64,000 nt of DNA from a virus, in IMG/VR virus record IMGVR_UViG_3300032308_002010, positions 32,001 to 96,000 of that record; one strand, 5' to 3'. This document shows, one piece after another, positions 1-10,300 of this stretch. Under the pieces are notes generated by a model. The model was not told the DNA's origin and ran no database searches. It worked only from the letters and a program-made list of their open reading frames with translations. Position 1 is the first letter of the stretch. Every line of letters begins with the position of its first letter. Both the position numbers and the translations under genes were made by a program.

Positions 1-921
1 CTCATGCACGTCAACGCCGTATACGAGCGGCGTACCGGCTGTGACGCGCTGCTCTACCTCGACACGCGGGACCGCTGTTTCAGGAAAACGATAGACCGCT
101 TTGTCTGTAATAATCAACAAACCACGCGCATCGTTGTCTACGCGCTCGACTATCTCGTCGGGCCCTGTGCTGATCGGCACGCCGCAAATTGCCGCGATAG
201 CCGCGTCTAGAATTGCCGCTGTAGCGCCGCCCTCTACAAGCCCAGATATCACGGCGTTGGTAAGATCTTTGTAGCCTTGGCTTGTGCGAAGCTTGATGCT
301 AACAGCATACGCAAACTGATTGAAAACGTTGTTGTAATCAAACTTACCGCAAAACGCCCACAGCGTTAGTTCTTCGTCGTCGGTTGTGCCGGCAGCGGGG
401 CGTTTTGTAAATACCGGGTTTTCAAACGGGTCTGCAGCAAACATCAAAGCGCCGCGCTCGACGTCGATAAGGAAGTCAAGATTTTTGCTCAACACGCCTG
501 TCGGGAACGTGATGCGATTAAAGAATTGCGCCACGTCAACGAGTTCAGCCGGTAACGGAAAAGAGAAAAACGGCGCGTTCGCGTTCGCGGCGTCAAACTG
601 CAGGCCGCCACTAAAATTTACGCCGGAATCGCGATCAAACCGCGCGATTGTAGTACGGGCGGAGTTGCGTTCAGATTTTTTTAAGACGACCGGCGTTAGC
701 TTCTCTGTGTGCAACAAAGGAATATCAAACCGACTTAACGCCTCGATTGTCTCGATTAGATTTTGATATGTTTGGTTTGCAACGTGTGCCGTAGCGTCAA
801 CATATGAATGCACTTGGTCTACGCCGGTATAAAGCCGCGACCAAAAGCTACCGAGCGCTGCAATTAAATTACGGCTGCGGTCAAAGTCGGACCCGGGGTA
901 TACGAATTCAGGCTTTTTCAT
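1..921 (-). CDS. Baseplate wedge-type structural protein (partial, runs off the window start)
   Basis: Not in the ORF track. ATG at 921 lies 2 nt after the stop of the baseplate J-like gene; reads MKKPEFVYPGSDFDRSRNLIAALGSFW; no stop seen in the stretches translated by hand at either end. Function inferred from position. Confidence 0.6.
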   Translation of the reverse strand, partial: MKKPEFVYPGSDFDRSRNLIAALGSFWSRLYTGVDQVHSYVDATAHVANQTYQNLIETIEALSRFDIPLLHTEKLTPVVLKKSERNSARTTIARFDRDSGVNFSGGLQFDAANANAPFFSFPLPAELVDVAQFFNRITFPTGVLSKNLDFLIDVERGALMFAADPFENPVFTKRPAAGTTDDEELTLWAFCGKFDYNNVFNQFAYAVSIKLRTSQGYKDLTNAVISGLVEGGATAAILDAAIAAICGVPISTGPDEIVERVDNDARGLLIITDKAVYRFPETAVPRVEVEQRVTAGTPLVYGVDVHE

Positions 922-923
922 AA

Positions 924-2639
924 TCAGCGCGTCCAGCCGGCGGATACTACGGATACAGATATGTCTTGCGGACTTGTTAAAAATGCCGTCGTTCGCCCGG
1001 TGACAAGTCGCGCGACGTCGTTAGGAATCTGTAGAATTGTGTTATCACGCACAAACGCAATGCTGCCGTCGGGTCTGCGGATACGGCCAAACATATCAAT
1101 ACCGCCAAGCGCCTGCTGCTTTGTGAGGTACTGATGCGCTGCTGTGCTGATAAGCGACGCGTGTAGCTGCCCAGAGAAACCAACCCCAGAAACAGCCGCG
1201 CTTACAGCTGTCTTAATCGCTTCTATATCGGGTGCCGGGTCGGCGGCGTTTTTACGGATTTCAAACGCGATCTTTGTAAAGCACGGCACCGGCGCTTTAA
1301 CCAACACGTCCGCAGCCCGGGCTCTCGTTTCACGAGCCGCCATGTAATCTTGCAGTTCCGCAATCAAAGGAAGGCCGGCCGTAGTAACCGAGTACAGCCG
1401 TTTTGTTTGTCCCGGCGTGAGCGTGGGGTTCGGTTGGATGTCTGTATTCACAAACCGAATTGTGGCGGTTTGGTAACGTGTGTATGCGCTTTCAGGTAGA
1501 TATAGAATGTCGGGAATAAACTCAAAGTCTGAGAAGTCGACGTTGCGCTCGTCGCTCAGTACAGAGTAATTAACTCGTAAGGTTGCTGCAGGATTTACGA
1601 TGCCGATGACTTCGTAAAACCCCGGGGCGAGATCGCGGCCAATCGATACCTGCCAGATAGTGCCCGTCGGCGTGCCACCAACCAAGTCGCGTTCGTCGCA
1701 CGGTCCGTCTGTGTTCTGCGCGGGAGAGTATGGGCCAATGTACGTAGCTTCCAATAAGTGTTCGCGCTCTTGCGCATAAGCGTTAGTGTGCGCGTAGATA
1801 TCTACCTTCCCGCCGCCAGAGATTGGGAAGAGCGAGTGCTGGTCACGTTGTTGTTCGGCGTCACCGCAACCGAGCACCGACAAGTGCAGCGTGTTGGCAA
1901 AGACCGGTTGTGACTTGATGGTCGCAATATAGCTTTGCCTGCTACCAATCGTTTTGGCCGCTAATCCCGTCGTTAGGCGTGTGAGATATTCGGCGTTAGT
2001 GGCCGGATCACGCCCGTCGATAAAGTCGGCGCTCGCGTAAAGATCGACAACATTGCTGATTGAACCTTGGCTGTTAAGTCTGGCGCGGCGACGGATATTA
2101 CCGGCAACGCCGGCAGCGGAAGCGATTACAGTGATTGTTGCCGCGTACGTCCCGTCGCCCACTGCGACCATTTTTCGCTGATCTGGTTCTGTGGCGGGTA
2201 GCGTCGGGTCGGTCGGAAACACAACGAAGTTTTGTGTCGGGCTGAACGTAATGTCGCTGTCCTCGACGCCGAAGATCGCGGCGGTCGTGATCTCTGTTCG
2301 GATGTCCGAGTTAAAGACAACAGTGACATAACCTACCGCCGGAGATCCGTTGTCGCGCGATAAGTTGAAATTCGACAAAACCTGATCCACGATATCAGTA
2401 TCAGCAAGATCGGGATTCTGTGTAATTTTCAACAAGCTTTGGCTCTGCAGTACGCGATCAATATTTTCTTGAATTGCTGCATTCAGTAGCCCGTCAAAAT
2501 AAAGCACAAGGTCGTGGAACACGCCGCGCGTTAACTCAACCTCTGGATGGCGCTCGGCCATCAGCTGCGATAAAGTCGCAACCATTGCCTGTACTTTTTC
2601 TGGGCTAAGCTGTTTGAGGCTTGAAATTTCAATCGGCAT
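924..2639 (-). CDS. Baseplate J-like wedge protein
   Basis: 571 aa; GVAGNI and FIDGRDPATNAEYLTRL resemble baseplate J (G.d.EtD.ey..Rl); follows a gp25-like gene. Confidence 0.75.
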   Translation of the reverse strand: MPIEISSLKQLSPEKVQAMVATLSQLMAERHPEVELTRGVFHDLVLYFDGLLNAAIQENIDRVLQSQSLLKITQNPDLADTDIVDQVLSNFNLSRDNGSPAVGYVTVVFNSDIRTEITTAAIFGVEDSDITFSPTQNFVVFPTDPTLPATEPDQRKMVAVGDGTYAATITVIASAAGVAGNIRRRARLNSQGSISNVVDLYASADFIDGRDPATNAEYLTRLTTGLAAKTIGSRQSYIATIKSQPVFANTLHLSVLGCGDAEQQRDQHSLFPISGGGKVDIYAHTNAYAQEREHLLEATYIGPYSPAQNTDGPCDERDLVGGTPTGTIWQVSIGRDLAPGFYEVIGIVNPAATLRVNYSVLSDERNVDFSDFEFIPDILYLPESAYTRYQTATIRFVNTDIQPNPTLTPGQTKRLYSVTTAGLPLIAELQDYMAARETRARAADVLVKAPVPCFTKIAFEIRKNAADPAPDIEAIKTAVSAAVSGVGFSGQLHASLISTAAHQYLTKQQALGGIDMFGRIRRPDGSIAFVRDNTILQIPNDVARLVTGRTTAFLTSPQDISVSVVSAGWTR

Positions 2640-2646
2640 GCTGCAC

Positions 2647-3114
2647 CTACGGTAATGTTGCGATCGGAACTAGTATCTCACGGGAGTCACCGGCGCGGCT
2701 TGTAATCGCGATGCTAAGGTTCATGTACCCGGGCAATAGCCCGACAGAAATAAGCTCCGCGTCATCAAGTCGTTCGTCGTCGGGCATTCCTTCGTATTCT
2801 TCGGCCTGCAGCGTCACGCGAATCCGCATATTTGACGCGTGAAACGTTTGCGTCACGTTTAATTGTGTTTTAATAGTGCCCTGCCGCACAAACCGCATAA
2901 AGTCGCAGCCGCGGTCGGGTAAACCCAGCAGCGAACCTTTTTCTGTTAAAAACTCTAACAACCATCGCTGCGCAAGCTTTTGCGGGCCCGCGCATATTTT
3001 TCCGCGGTTGTCGTCTGAGTACAGAACGAGATCGAGTCGACTGTTGCGGCCGTCATCGCTTCGCTGCAGCGCGAGGAAGTCGTATTTTCGATTAGCAAAG
3101 TCGGCGATGCTCAT
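2647..3114 (-). CDS. Baseplate wedge subunit, gp25/GPW-like
   Basis: 155 aa; KLAQRWLLEFLTEKGS...RGCDF and DERLDDAELISV match the gp25-like pattern; directly upstream of the J-like gene. Confidence 0.6.
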   Translation of the reverse strand: MSIADFANRKYDFLALQRSDDGRNSRLDLVLYSDDNRGKICAGPQKLAQRWLLEFLTEKGSLLGLPDRGCDFMRFVRQGTIKTQLNVTQTFHASNMRIRVTLQAEEYEGMPDDERLDDAELISVGLLPGYMNLSIAITSRAGDSREILVPIATLP

Positions 3115-3116
3115 GT

Positions 3117-3584
3117 TTATTTACCAGCGTTAATGTGCGATTGCACGCCGTCCTTTAAAAATGAAAACACGCTTTTCTTGGCGAGACTGTGCCCGTCGAG
3201 CCGGCCGTGCATGAAACAGGCGCAACGAATAAGGCTCGCATGACGTAACCGCCAGCCGCGCTCTTCGGTGGCCATAAAATCTGCTTGCCACTTCATCGCA
3301 ACAAGATCGCCAGTAGTGCCGCCCTCTTTCCCGGGACCAGACAATACGCTCATCGAGTAAATCTGATTGATGTTATCGCGGTTCCAGCTTGGCTCGTGTA
3401 GATTTGGTACGTCCAGCAGCTCCTTGTCTTTTAGTTCGTCGGGCGTGTGCCAGTCGCGCGCGTCGCCTTGATATCTGAACGATGTTGACATTTGCCCGGC
3501 GCGTGATTCAAGCTGATTGACGCGCGCTTCAAATTTGCCGTCAACCTGTCCCTTAGTCGTTCCAATCCCTTGCGGCTTATCCAT
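3117..3584 (-). CDS. Hypothetical protein (baseplate module)
   Basis: 155 aa ORF, SD-like AAGGTG, tightly packed between sigma and gp25-like genes. Confidence 0.5.
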   Translation of the reverse strand: MDKPQGIGTTKGQVDGKFEARVNQLESRAGQMSTSFRYQGDARDWHTPDELKDKELLDVPNLHEPSWNRDNINQIYSMSVLSGPGKEGGTTGDLVAMKWQADFMATEERGWRLRHASLIRCACFMHGRLDGHSLAKKSVFSFLKDGVQSHINAGK

Positions 3585-3592
3585 GTGTCACC

Positions 3593-4414
3593 TTAAAAAG
3601 TGCTTTGTGTGTATTGCTTATCGAGCATCGCCTGAATTTTTGCTGCGCGCTGACTCACTGCGCCCGGCGTGATGTTAAGACGCCGGGCGATTTCTTGTGT
3701 GCTTGTTTGTCTGCGTCCGTTACGCCCCAGCGTCATATCTGCAATGAGCTTGTCAACCGGGCTCAGATCTTCGTACACAAAATTGAACCACGCATTAGCT
3801 GCGCGCGTGTTGTTTGGAATTGTACTTGCGACATCTCCGCCGTAGCTTTCTTCGTCCATGACTTCTCGCGTAGTCATGCCCTCTGACACCGGTTGATTGA
3901 ATGCGCGAATTTTTTGAATTCGCCTCGTAGATAATCCGGTCGCGTCTGCCGTTTCGTCGTCTGTTGGGTCGCGCCCTAGTCGGTCGCGTAATTCGTTTTC
4001 ACTTTCATTGAGGCGCGTATAGTCGAGGCCCACTTGCTCTGGGATAGAGATGATGTTCTGTTGCTGTGCCGATAACCGACGCAAACTTTGTAACTGCGAC
4101 AGAAGATGCGTGCGCACGTTGCCGCGATTTGGGTCATAGGTGTCGAGCGCTTTAAGGGCCATGAGTTTTGCGCGCGACCGAATTATTGGGCTGGCTGATT
4201 GGCCGGCGTAACTCATAACGGCCGTGTCAATAACGGGCTGCAAACTGTTCAGTACTGCAGAGCTGGTTTCTGGAGTTTTATTGGCTACCCACTGCGGATA
4301 CAGACTGTCAAACTCCGAGCTAACGCCTGCGGGCTTTTTAGCTGAAAAAGGCGGTGCAACATCGCCCAGTATGGACGGCATTCCCTGCGGTTTTTTGTTA
4401 TTTGTATCGTTCAT
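3593..4414 (-). CDS. RNA polymerase sigma-70 family factor (FliA/SigF-like size, regions 2-4)
   Basis: ALKALDTYDPNRG (region 2), LGRDPTDDETADATGLSTRRI (region 3), LSPVDK...STQEIARRLNITPGAVSQR (region 4 HTH). Start moved to ATG 4414, which overlaps the upstream stop (ATGA). Confidence 0.8.
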   Translation of the reverse strand: MNDTNNKKPQGMPSILGDVAPPFSAKKPAGVSSEFDSLYPQWVANKTPETSSAVLNSLQPVIDTAVMSYAGQSASPIIRSRAKLMALKALDTYDPNRGNVRTHLLSQLQSLRRLSAQQQNIISIPEQVGLDYTRLNESENELRDRLGRDPTDDETADATGLSTRRIQKIRAFNQPVSEGMTTREVMDEESYGGDVASTIPNNTRAANAWFNFVYEDLSPVDKLIADMTLGRNGRRQTSTQEIARRLNITPGAVSQRAAKIQAMLDKQYTQSTF

Positions 4415-6036
4415 TTCAGCGTATATCCCGGCCATTTTTGACCTTTATACAGCGGCGCGGTTTCTTGCGTAATTTTACCTGTTTTATTGTCTTCTTTTTC
4501 AGTCCTAATGTACGATAGGTCGAAGGCGGTTCCGGCAAGCGCACGCTCAGCGTTGATCGCGTACGATACCTTTGTTACGGCAGCGATTAGATCGCCTGTG
4601 TTGTCTAGCTCCGTGTCCGGCAGCTTGATTTTAACAATACTGCCGGGCGCTATATCAAAGCGTAGTTTACCGGATAGTTCGCCGTATCTTTGACTTAAAA
4701 ACTCTGTGTGATAGAAGTGTTTTGCAAATCGCGTGCAAACTTCGTTGTACATTGCGTCAGCAAGCTCCGCTGGTTTTTTCCAGCCCGCCGGTAAATTTGA
4801 CTCACCCGTTTGTGGGGCGAGGCAATCCCCCGGCCGCTTTCCACCTTCTCCGGTCGTTGGTCCGCACATGATTGGCCACGGAGACGTGTTCGCGAGCCAC
4901 GACGGTAAGTCTTTAAATAGTTTTAATCCCTGCCGCGGTTGTTGCGCTGTTCCTACATCCGGCCACTGCCCCGACGGCGTAGAAAATTTATCGCTGCTCT
5001 GCATATCTCCGCCCAGATGTAACATCGGATCCATTTGTGCCGGCCAAAACACAGTGACGTTTTCGATTAGCTGGTGCATCGTGGCGTTGAAATTTGCGTA
5101 GCTGTAGTCGTCTGCATGAATTGTGAGTTTGTCGCTACCGTTGAATTTAAGTCCGCCAAAAAACGGAATGACGTACGCTTTGTCAATACAGGGCGATACG
5201 GCAAAGAAAAACTGTGACGCGTAGTCTCCGACGAGCGTGCTCCAAAACGTGGTGTACGCAAATGATTCTGCAGAATCTTTTGTAAGCGCCTGTCGAATAG
5301 ACATCTCGGCGTTTAACCCGACGCCGCTGATATCTAAACTCAACTTGGCCGATCCTGCAAAGCTGGGGGCTTCCGCCGGCATCCGTTCTAGCGCCTTAAG
5401 CGCGGCGTCATTCGGATCGTTTGACGATGTTTTCCAGCCCGCCATCGTTTTAAAGATGGGTTTTATTACATCGCCCCAGAGATTTTGACTGATGTTTGAC
5501 TCTGTAATGATTTGCTCGTTAGCGTCGATAATCGGTACCGGAGACCACACGTTACCGTCGCTGGTTTGCAGTGCTTCGAACGCGGCGTTTTGCGCCATTA
5601 AAAAGGGCGCGTTAGGAAACCACTTGCCGTTGAGCGCGGAAGAGTTGTTGAGGTCATCAAGCCAATGCACGACGTGGATGACATAGTTGGCGCTGTTGTG
5701 GGAGCGCTGATAACCGATACTAACCAAAAAGCCCTCGAAAATTTTTATGCGGCCGTTTTCCATTTTTTCGGTGCGACCGGCGGTTGGTGTGATTGTTAAC
5801 CACACCTCAACTTTATCTCGCGGTTGCAGGTTTTCTTTTGCTTCGTGAATTTTTGCTTTTTTATTTCGCCCCGAGCGCGCGTCGTGCCCGACTGCTACGG
5901 TAAGACTAGCTGTCGGAATTGTGTTTAATGGAAACGACGCCGACATAGCGACGATATCATTGTCAAAATTTATGCCGCCAATTGTGGCTTCAATTTTGAA
6001 TTTTGCGTGAACATAATTCGGATTTAATTCTGTCAT
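4411..6036 (-). CDS. Baseplate hub / late control D-like tail protein
   Basis: 541 aa; N-terminal IFEGFLVSI and C-terminal GKLRFDIAPGSIVKI...VTKVSYAI resemble gp27/GpD-type hubs; located downstream of the tape measure gene. Confidence 0.55.
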   Translation of the reverse strand: MTELNPNYVHAKFKIEATIGGINFDNDIVAMSASFPLNTIPTASLTVAVGHDARSGRNKKAKIHEAKENLQPRDKVEVWLTITPTAGRTEKMENGRIKIFEGFLVSIGYQRSHNSANYVIHVVHWLDDLNNSSALNGKWFPNAPFLMAQNAAFEALQTSDGNVWSPVPIIDANEQIITESNISQNLWGDVIKPIFKTMAGWKTSSNDPNDAALKALERMPAEAPSFAGSAKLSLDISGVGLNAEMSIRQALTKDSAESFAYTTFWSTLVGDYASQFFFAVSPCIDKAYVIPFFGGLKFNGSDKLTIHADDYSYANFNATMHQLIENVTVFWPAQMDPMLHLGGDMQSSDKFSTPSGQWPDVGTAQQPRQGLKLFKDLPSWLANTSPWPIMCGPTTGEGGKRPGDCLAPQTGESNLPAGWKKPAELADAMYNEVCTRFAKHFYHTEFLSQRYGELSGKLRFDIAPGSIVKIKLPDTELDNTGDLIAAVTKVSYAINAERALAGTAFDLSYIRTEKEDNKTGKITQETAPLYKGQKWPGYTLK

Positions 6037-6920
6037 CGGTGCAGCCTTACCTGTTCCGTTCTATAGACGAGTGACATGACTAAACCCGCTAATCGGTACG
6101 CCGGCAACGGATGATCAAACCAAACGTTTTTAAACGTAGCGTACGGCTCTTCGGGCGCGACGCCAAACAGTTCTAGAAAAATTGGCTCACCGAGAATTTC
6201 AAGTGTGGGCAGTAATGATGTAATTGCCGGCACGGGGTTTGCCAATAAGTTAATGTGCCAGCGCCCTTCATATGTCGCCGGATCGGAGATCAAAGAGCTA
6301 AGGCGTACCCGCACTTCCGTTTCCGGCAGCGTTAATGTGGGAAGTCCGTCTGCCACGGTTTGCCGCGCGTCTTGTCGCTGGTCGTTGATCGCCTCTGCGC
6401 TTACTGTGATAAACTCTGACTTCAATTCTTGCAACAACAAACCCTCACCAGATTCGAGCGTTAGCGTTGCGCCTTCTTGTTCGTTTACAACTGGCGTGTC
6501 CATTGGATCAATAAATGTCAGTGTGTATTGCCGGTGTGCGCGGCCGGAGCCGTTCGCGGCAATAAACTCGCCGCCTATCGCGACTGGGCGCGCCGGGCCG
6601 CGCAATTGCTTAATACGGATGCCGGTTGGGAACTGGAACGAGTTGGCAGCGGGTTCCGGCCAATACGTAACGCGCGGATCTAGTTTGTAAACATACTCAG
6701 CTAATTCAGTTTGATGGACGTAGCTGAGCAATTCACGCGCACGCAAGTTTAAAAATCGCTGATCGGGCAGTGAGCCAAATAGCACGCGGCGTAATGTCTT
6801 TAGACTTTGCGGTAATACAAGCGGACGATATTCTACGGGGATGTACTCGTAACCGGCGAGCTGCTTGTCGGCGCTTTGAGCAAAAATATTTAACAGTAGT
6901 GTACGCGCGTGATTAATCAT
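6033..6920 (-). CDS. Hypothetical tail/baseplate protein
   Basis: 295 aa ORF, translationally coupled (ATGA) to the hub gene. Confidence 0.5.
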   Translation of the reverse strand: MINHARTLLLNIFAQSADKQLAGYEYIPVEYRPLVLPQSLKTLRRVLFGSLPDQRFLNLRARELLSYVHQTELAEYVYKLDPRVTYWPEPAANSFQFPTGIRIKQLRGPARPVAIGGEFIAANGSGRAHRQYTLTFIDPMDTPVVNEQEGATLTLESGEGLLLQELKSEFITVSAEAINDQRQDARQTVADGLPTLTLPETEVRVRLSSLISDPATYEGRWHINLLANPVPAITSLLPTLEILGEPIFLELFGVAPEEPYATFKNVWFDHPLPAYRLAGLVMSLVYRTEQVRLHR

Positions 6921-6925
6921 AGTAA

Positions 6926-7378
6926 TTACTTCTTCGGTAACACGTTAAAGCGAAGCGACCACTGCGCAATTGCTGTTTGCGGGTCTTGCACCTCAACACG
7001 CATACCCGTTAGAAACGCCCAGAAGTTTGCGTCCGGGCATTCGCCAATGTGGACTGAAAGGTCGCCTTTTTGTTTAATTCGGTTTTGTGTGTAGAAATCA
7101 AACAGGTTGCAGATCTTTGCCGACGAGGCATTACCGCACGTCTGCGAGAACCCAAAGCCAGACACAGTCAGTTCACCGATACGGTCGCCAAAAGCGTACA
7201 CGTAAATAAAATCGTTGACGGTGTGCAAAAACTGATAGTTGCCGTTTAACTCCAGCGCAAAGCCAGAAATCGGCAGTGTGAGCGAGCCGCCGCTAATGTC
7301 AACTTTAAATACGGCGTCGCCAGAGCAACCCGGGATTTTTGCGACGGCGCCAACGCAGGGACTAAAAACAGCTGCCAT
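6926..7378 (-). CDS. Tail tube-like / tube initiator protein
   Basis: 150 aa beta-rich; IYVYAFGDRIGELTVSGF pattern typical of tube-fold proteins that follow tape measure genes. Confidence 0.45.
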   Translation of the reverse strand: MAAVFSPCVGAVAKIPGCSGDAVFKVDISGGSLTLPISGFALELNGNYQFLHTVNDFIYVYAFGDRIGELTVSGFGFSQTCGNASSAKICNLFDFYTQNRIKQKGDLSVHIGECPDANFWAFLTGMRVEVQDPQTAIAQWSLRFNVLPKK

Positions 7379-7385
7379 AAATCAC

Positions 7386-10300
7386 CTACCCGTGGTAAGA
7401 CCCTGCGCCGCCGCCCATGTCGACTGGCGTACCGTCTGGCGTCTGCTCCATATGCCGTCCGCTCGCCTGCATCACGGCCTCTGACAGGCCCTTTAATACA
7501 AGAGTGCCGGTCAACTGCATATCGCGGCCGCGCTCGTTATTTTGCACGTTCTGCTGCGCGCGAGACGCCTGCTGCGCGTTCTGTTGCACAAGCCCTATAG
7601 CCTCGCGCCCAGCTGATGTGAAGTCGTGCTGCGTCTGTTGAATAGCGCTAACGCCGGCAGAGTCAAAACGCGCAGCTTTTACAGTGGCAGTTTGGACGTC
7701 GCGGTCACCAAGTATTATGCGGCCGCTTCTCGCGGTGGCGTCTTGACCGGTTGTTTTTATTTCATCGCGGCGCTGCTGTAAAAAGTCGTATTGCTCGCGG
7801 TCTTTCTTCGACAACTGCAACTCATTTGTAAACCAGCCTGACTTACCGCGCGACGCGACTTCTTCCATCTGCTTAGTTACGGCGCTAAGCGGATTCCCTG
7901 ATTCGAGTTCCTTGCGGCGCTGACTGAGGGCGTCATATTTTTTACGGTCTTCTTTTGACAGCTGCAGTTCGCTTGTAAACCAGCCGGGTTTGCCGCGGGA
8001 AGCAACCTCTTCCATCTGCTTAGTTACGGTACCAAGCGCATCGCCAGAGACGACTTCTTCTTTTCTTCGTTGCAGCGATTCGTATTTGTCTTTGTCTTCT
8101 TTTGACAGCTGCAGTTCGCTTGTAAACCAGCCGGGTTTGCCGCGGGAAGCAACCTCTTCCATCTGCTGTGTAACAAGCTGCAGCTGCTCTTGTTGCGACG
8201 GCTGACCTTGCGCAGTAGCGGCGCCACCCGACAACAAATCCATCATTTGCTGCAGGCCGCTGGAGTGCAGCGCTGATGATTGTTTTGGGTCAAGGTTTTG
8301 AGAGGTAAGGCCGGCGGCTGGCTGCGCGGGAGCCCCAGACTTTACGCGTTCCATTACTTTGGTTGCTTGATGTTCGGCCAGCGTTTTGTGTAGGCGCGAT
8401 ACGTTTGCGCGCTCTTCTTTTGTCAGTAACACACTTGTCCGCGCGTCATCTAAACCTTTTAACCCGCTTTGCTGATCTTCAGGTGAAAACTTGTCAAACA
8501 AATCTCGGGCGGATGCGTCTGGTAACGACAACAGTTGCGCTCTTTTTTCGTCGTTCCACATTGCGGCTTTGAAATTATCGACTGTTGGATCTTTGCTAAT
8601 TTCATCAACAACTTTTTGCTGCGCGGCGGTAGGTTTTGTGTCGTCCGCGGCGGCAGGTGTTTCGAGTTCTTTCTTGCGCTGCTGCAGTTCTTCCCAACGT
8701 TTCTGGTCTTCGTCGTTAGAGAATTGCATGTCGCTGGCAAAAAAACCACGGTCTTTACCGCGCTTCTTTAACTCGTCAATTTGCGCGTTTACACTTGCCG
8801 GATCGTCCATGTTTGTTTTCTTGGATCGGAATGTTTCCAACCCCTGTTCTTTGGCGGCCTCTCTCGCTTTGGCGTAGACATTGTTCAGCTGCTGAACGCC
8901 GCGCTCACCCTCGCCAAATACTGCGCGCAAGTGCTTAGTTGCTTTTTCTTCAGCGCGAGCAGGAACGGACCCCTCGCTTTCGAAGTGCTTGACCATCTCT
9001 TCTTTCAGCCGCTTCGACATGAACTTAGCGCGCTCTTCTGGTGACTCGTCGACTTGATTGCCCATTTCATTGATAGCAACGCCGGAAGCGATGTCGGCAG
9101 TCTTGCGCATAAGATCTTTACGGCGCGCATCAAACTGCTCAGCTGTCACGTTTTCTGGTTTTAGATCAGCGTACGCGCGTTTGTCGTAGTTTTGCTCTAG
9201 CTGCTCAAACGTTTGTCGACTGACGTCACGAGTAACTTCATTTGTTTTTGCCAGCGGTCTTTCTTGAGCTTCGGTGACGGTTTGCGCGCTCTGATCGAGA
9301 CCAACGCTCGCTAAGCCGCCAAACTCTTGCGACGCACGAAGCGCTTTAGACATTGCGCGGGCTTCTTCTTGTTTTTCTTGGCTCAATTTGCCGCCGAAGA
9401 AGCCGCCCTGCATTTTCTTTTCAAACGCGGTCGTGTCTTTGTTGAGCGCTGCTTCCGCGAATGCGTCAATTTGTTTTTGATCAGCGTTTGGACCAAGTAC
9501 GGATTCGGCCATGGCTTTTGCGCCGGCCGTAACGTCTTCTTTTTTGCCAGTGTTATATGCTTTGATAATTGTCGTAGCGCGCTTACGTTGCGCCTCGTTT
9601 CGCTCTTTTTGTTCTGGCGTGGACCCAGCGGCAGTATCGCTAGCCGCCATCTGCGCGCGAGCGTATAGGGTCTGTTGTTGTTCAGCCGTCAGCTCTTCAT
9701 CGGGTTTAAACCCGGCTAGTTTCTTCAGTTCTTTGGCCGCGGCGCCGCTCGGGTTTTTTTGCGCTTCTTCGTTGAGCTTCTGGATTTTTTCCGGCGTAAT
9801 AGTCGCGTCGTTTGACATCTTCGCCGCGGCAACGAGACCTTCTTGCATATCCGGCGCGTACTTCTGCAGCACCTCGTCCTCAGATATGACGTTGAATACA
9901 CGCTTCAACGACTCGGTGCGTGTAATCGTGTTGTCTGATGCTATGTTATTTAATTCATCGCCCACTCGCTGTGAAAACGTAGATTCTGTGCCCATAGCCG
10001 CGGCGCCAAAACGTTCAGCTTTTCGTTCAGTGATTTTTTGGCGCGCGTCGGCGTCGGTGATGGCGGCCTTGTTGCGAATTTGTTTTTGACCCTCGATGCT
10101 GACGCCAGTACGTTCTTGTAAAATCGCGCTTGATTCGGTGTACAGTGTGCGCATGCTTTCTTTACGCGTTGCCGCGTCGGCACCGTAAAGTGCGTTGAAG
10201 TAAGTCTCAGCGCGGGCGTCTGCCGCCCCTTTACCGAGTCCGCCGCCGTCTTTACTTTGAAAGTATTTCGACAGTTCTTCTTTACCGCGGCGCTCAAGCG

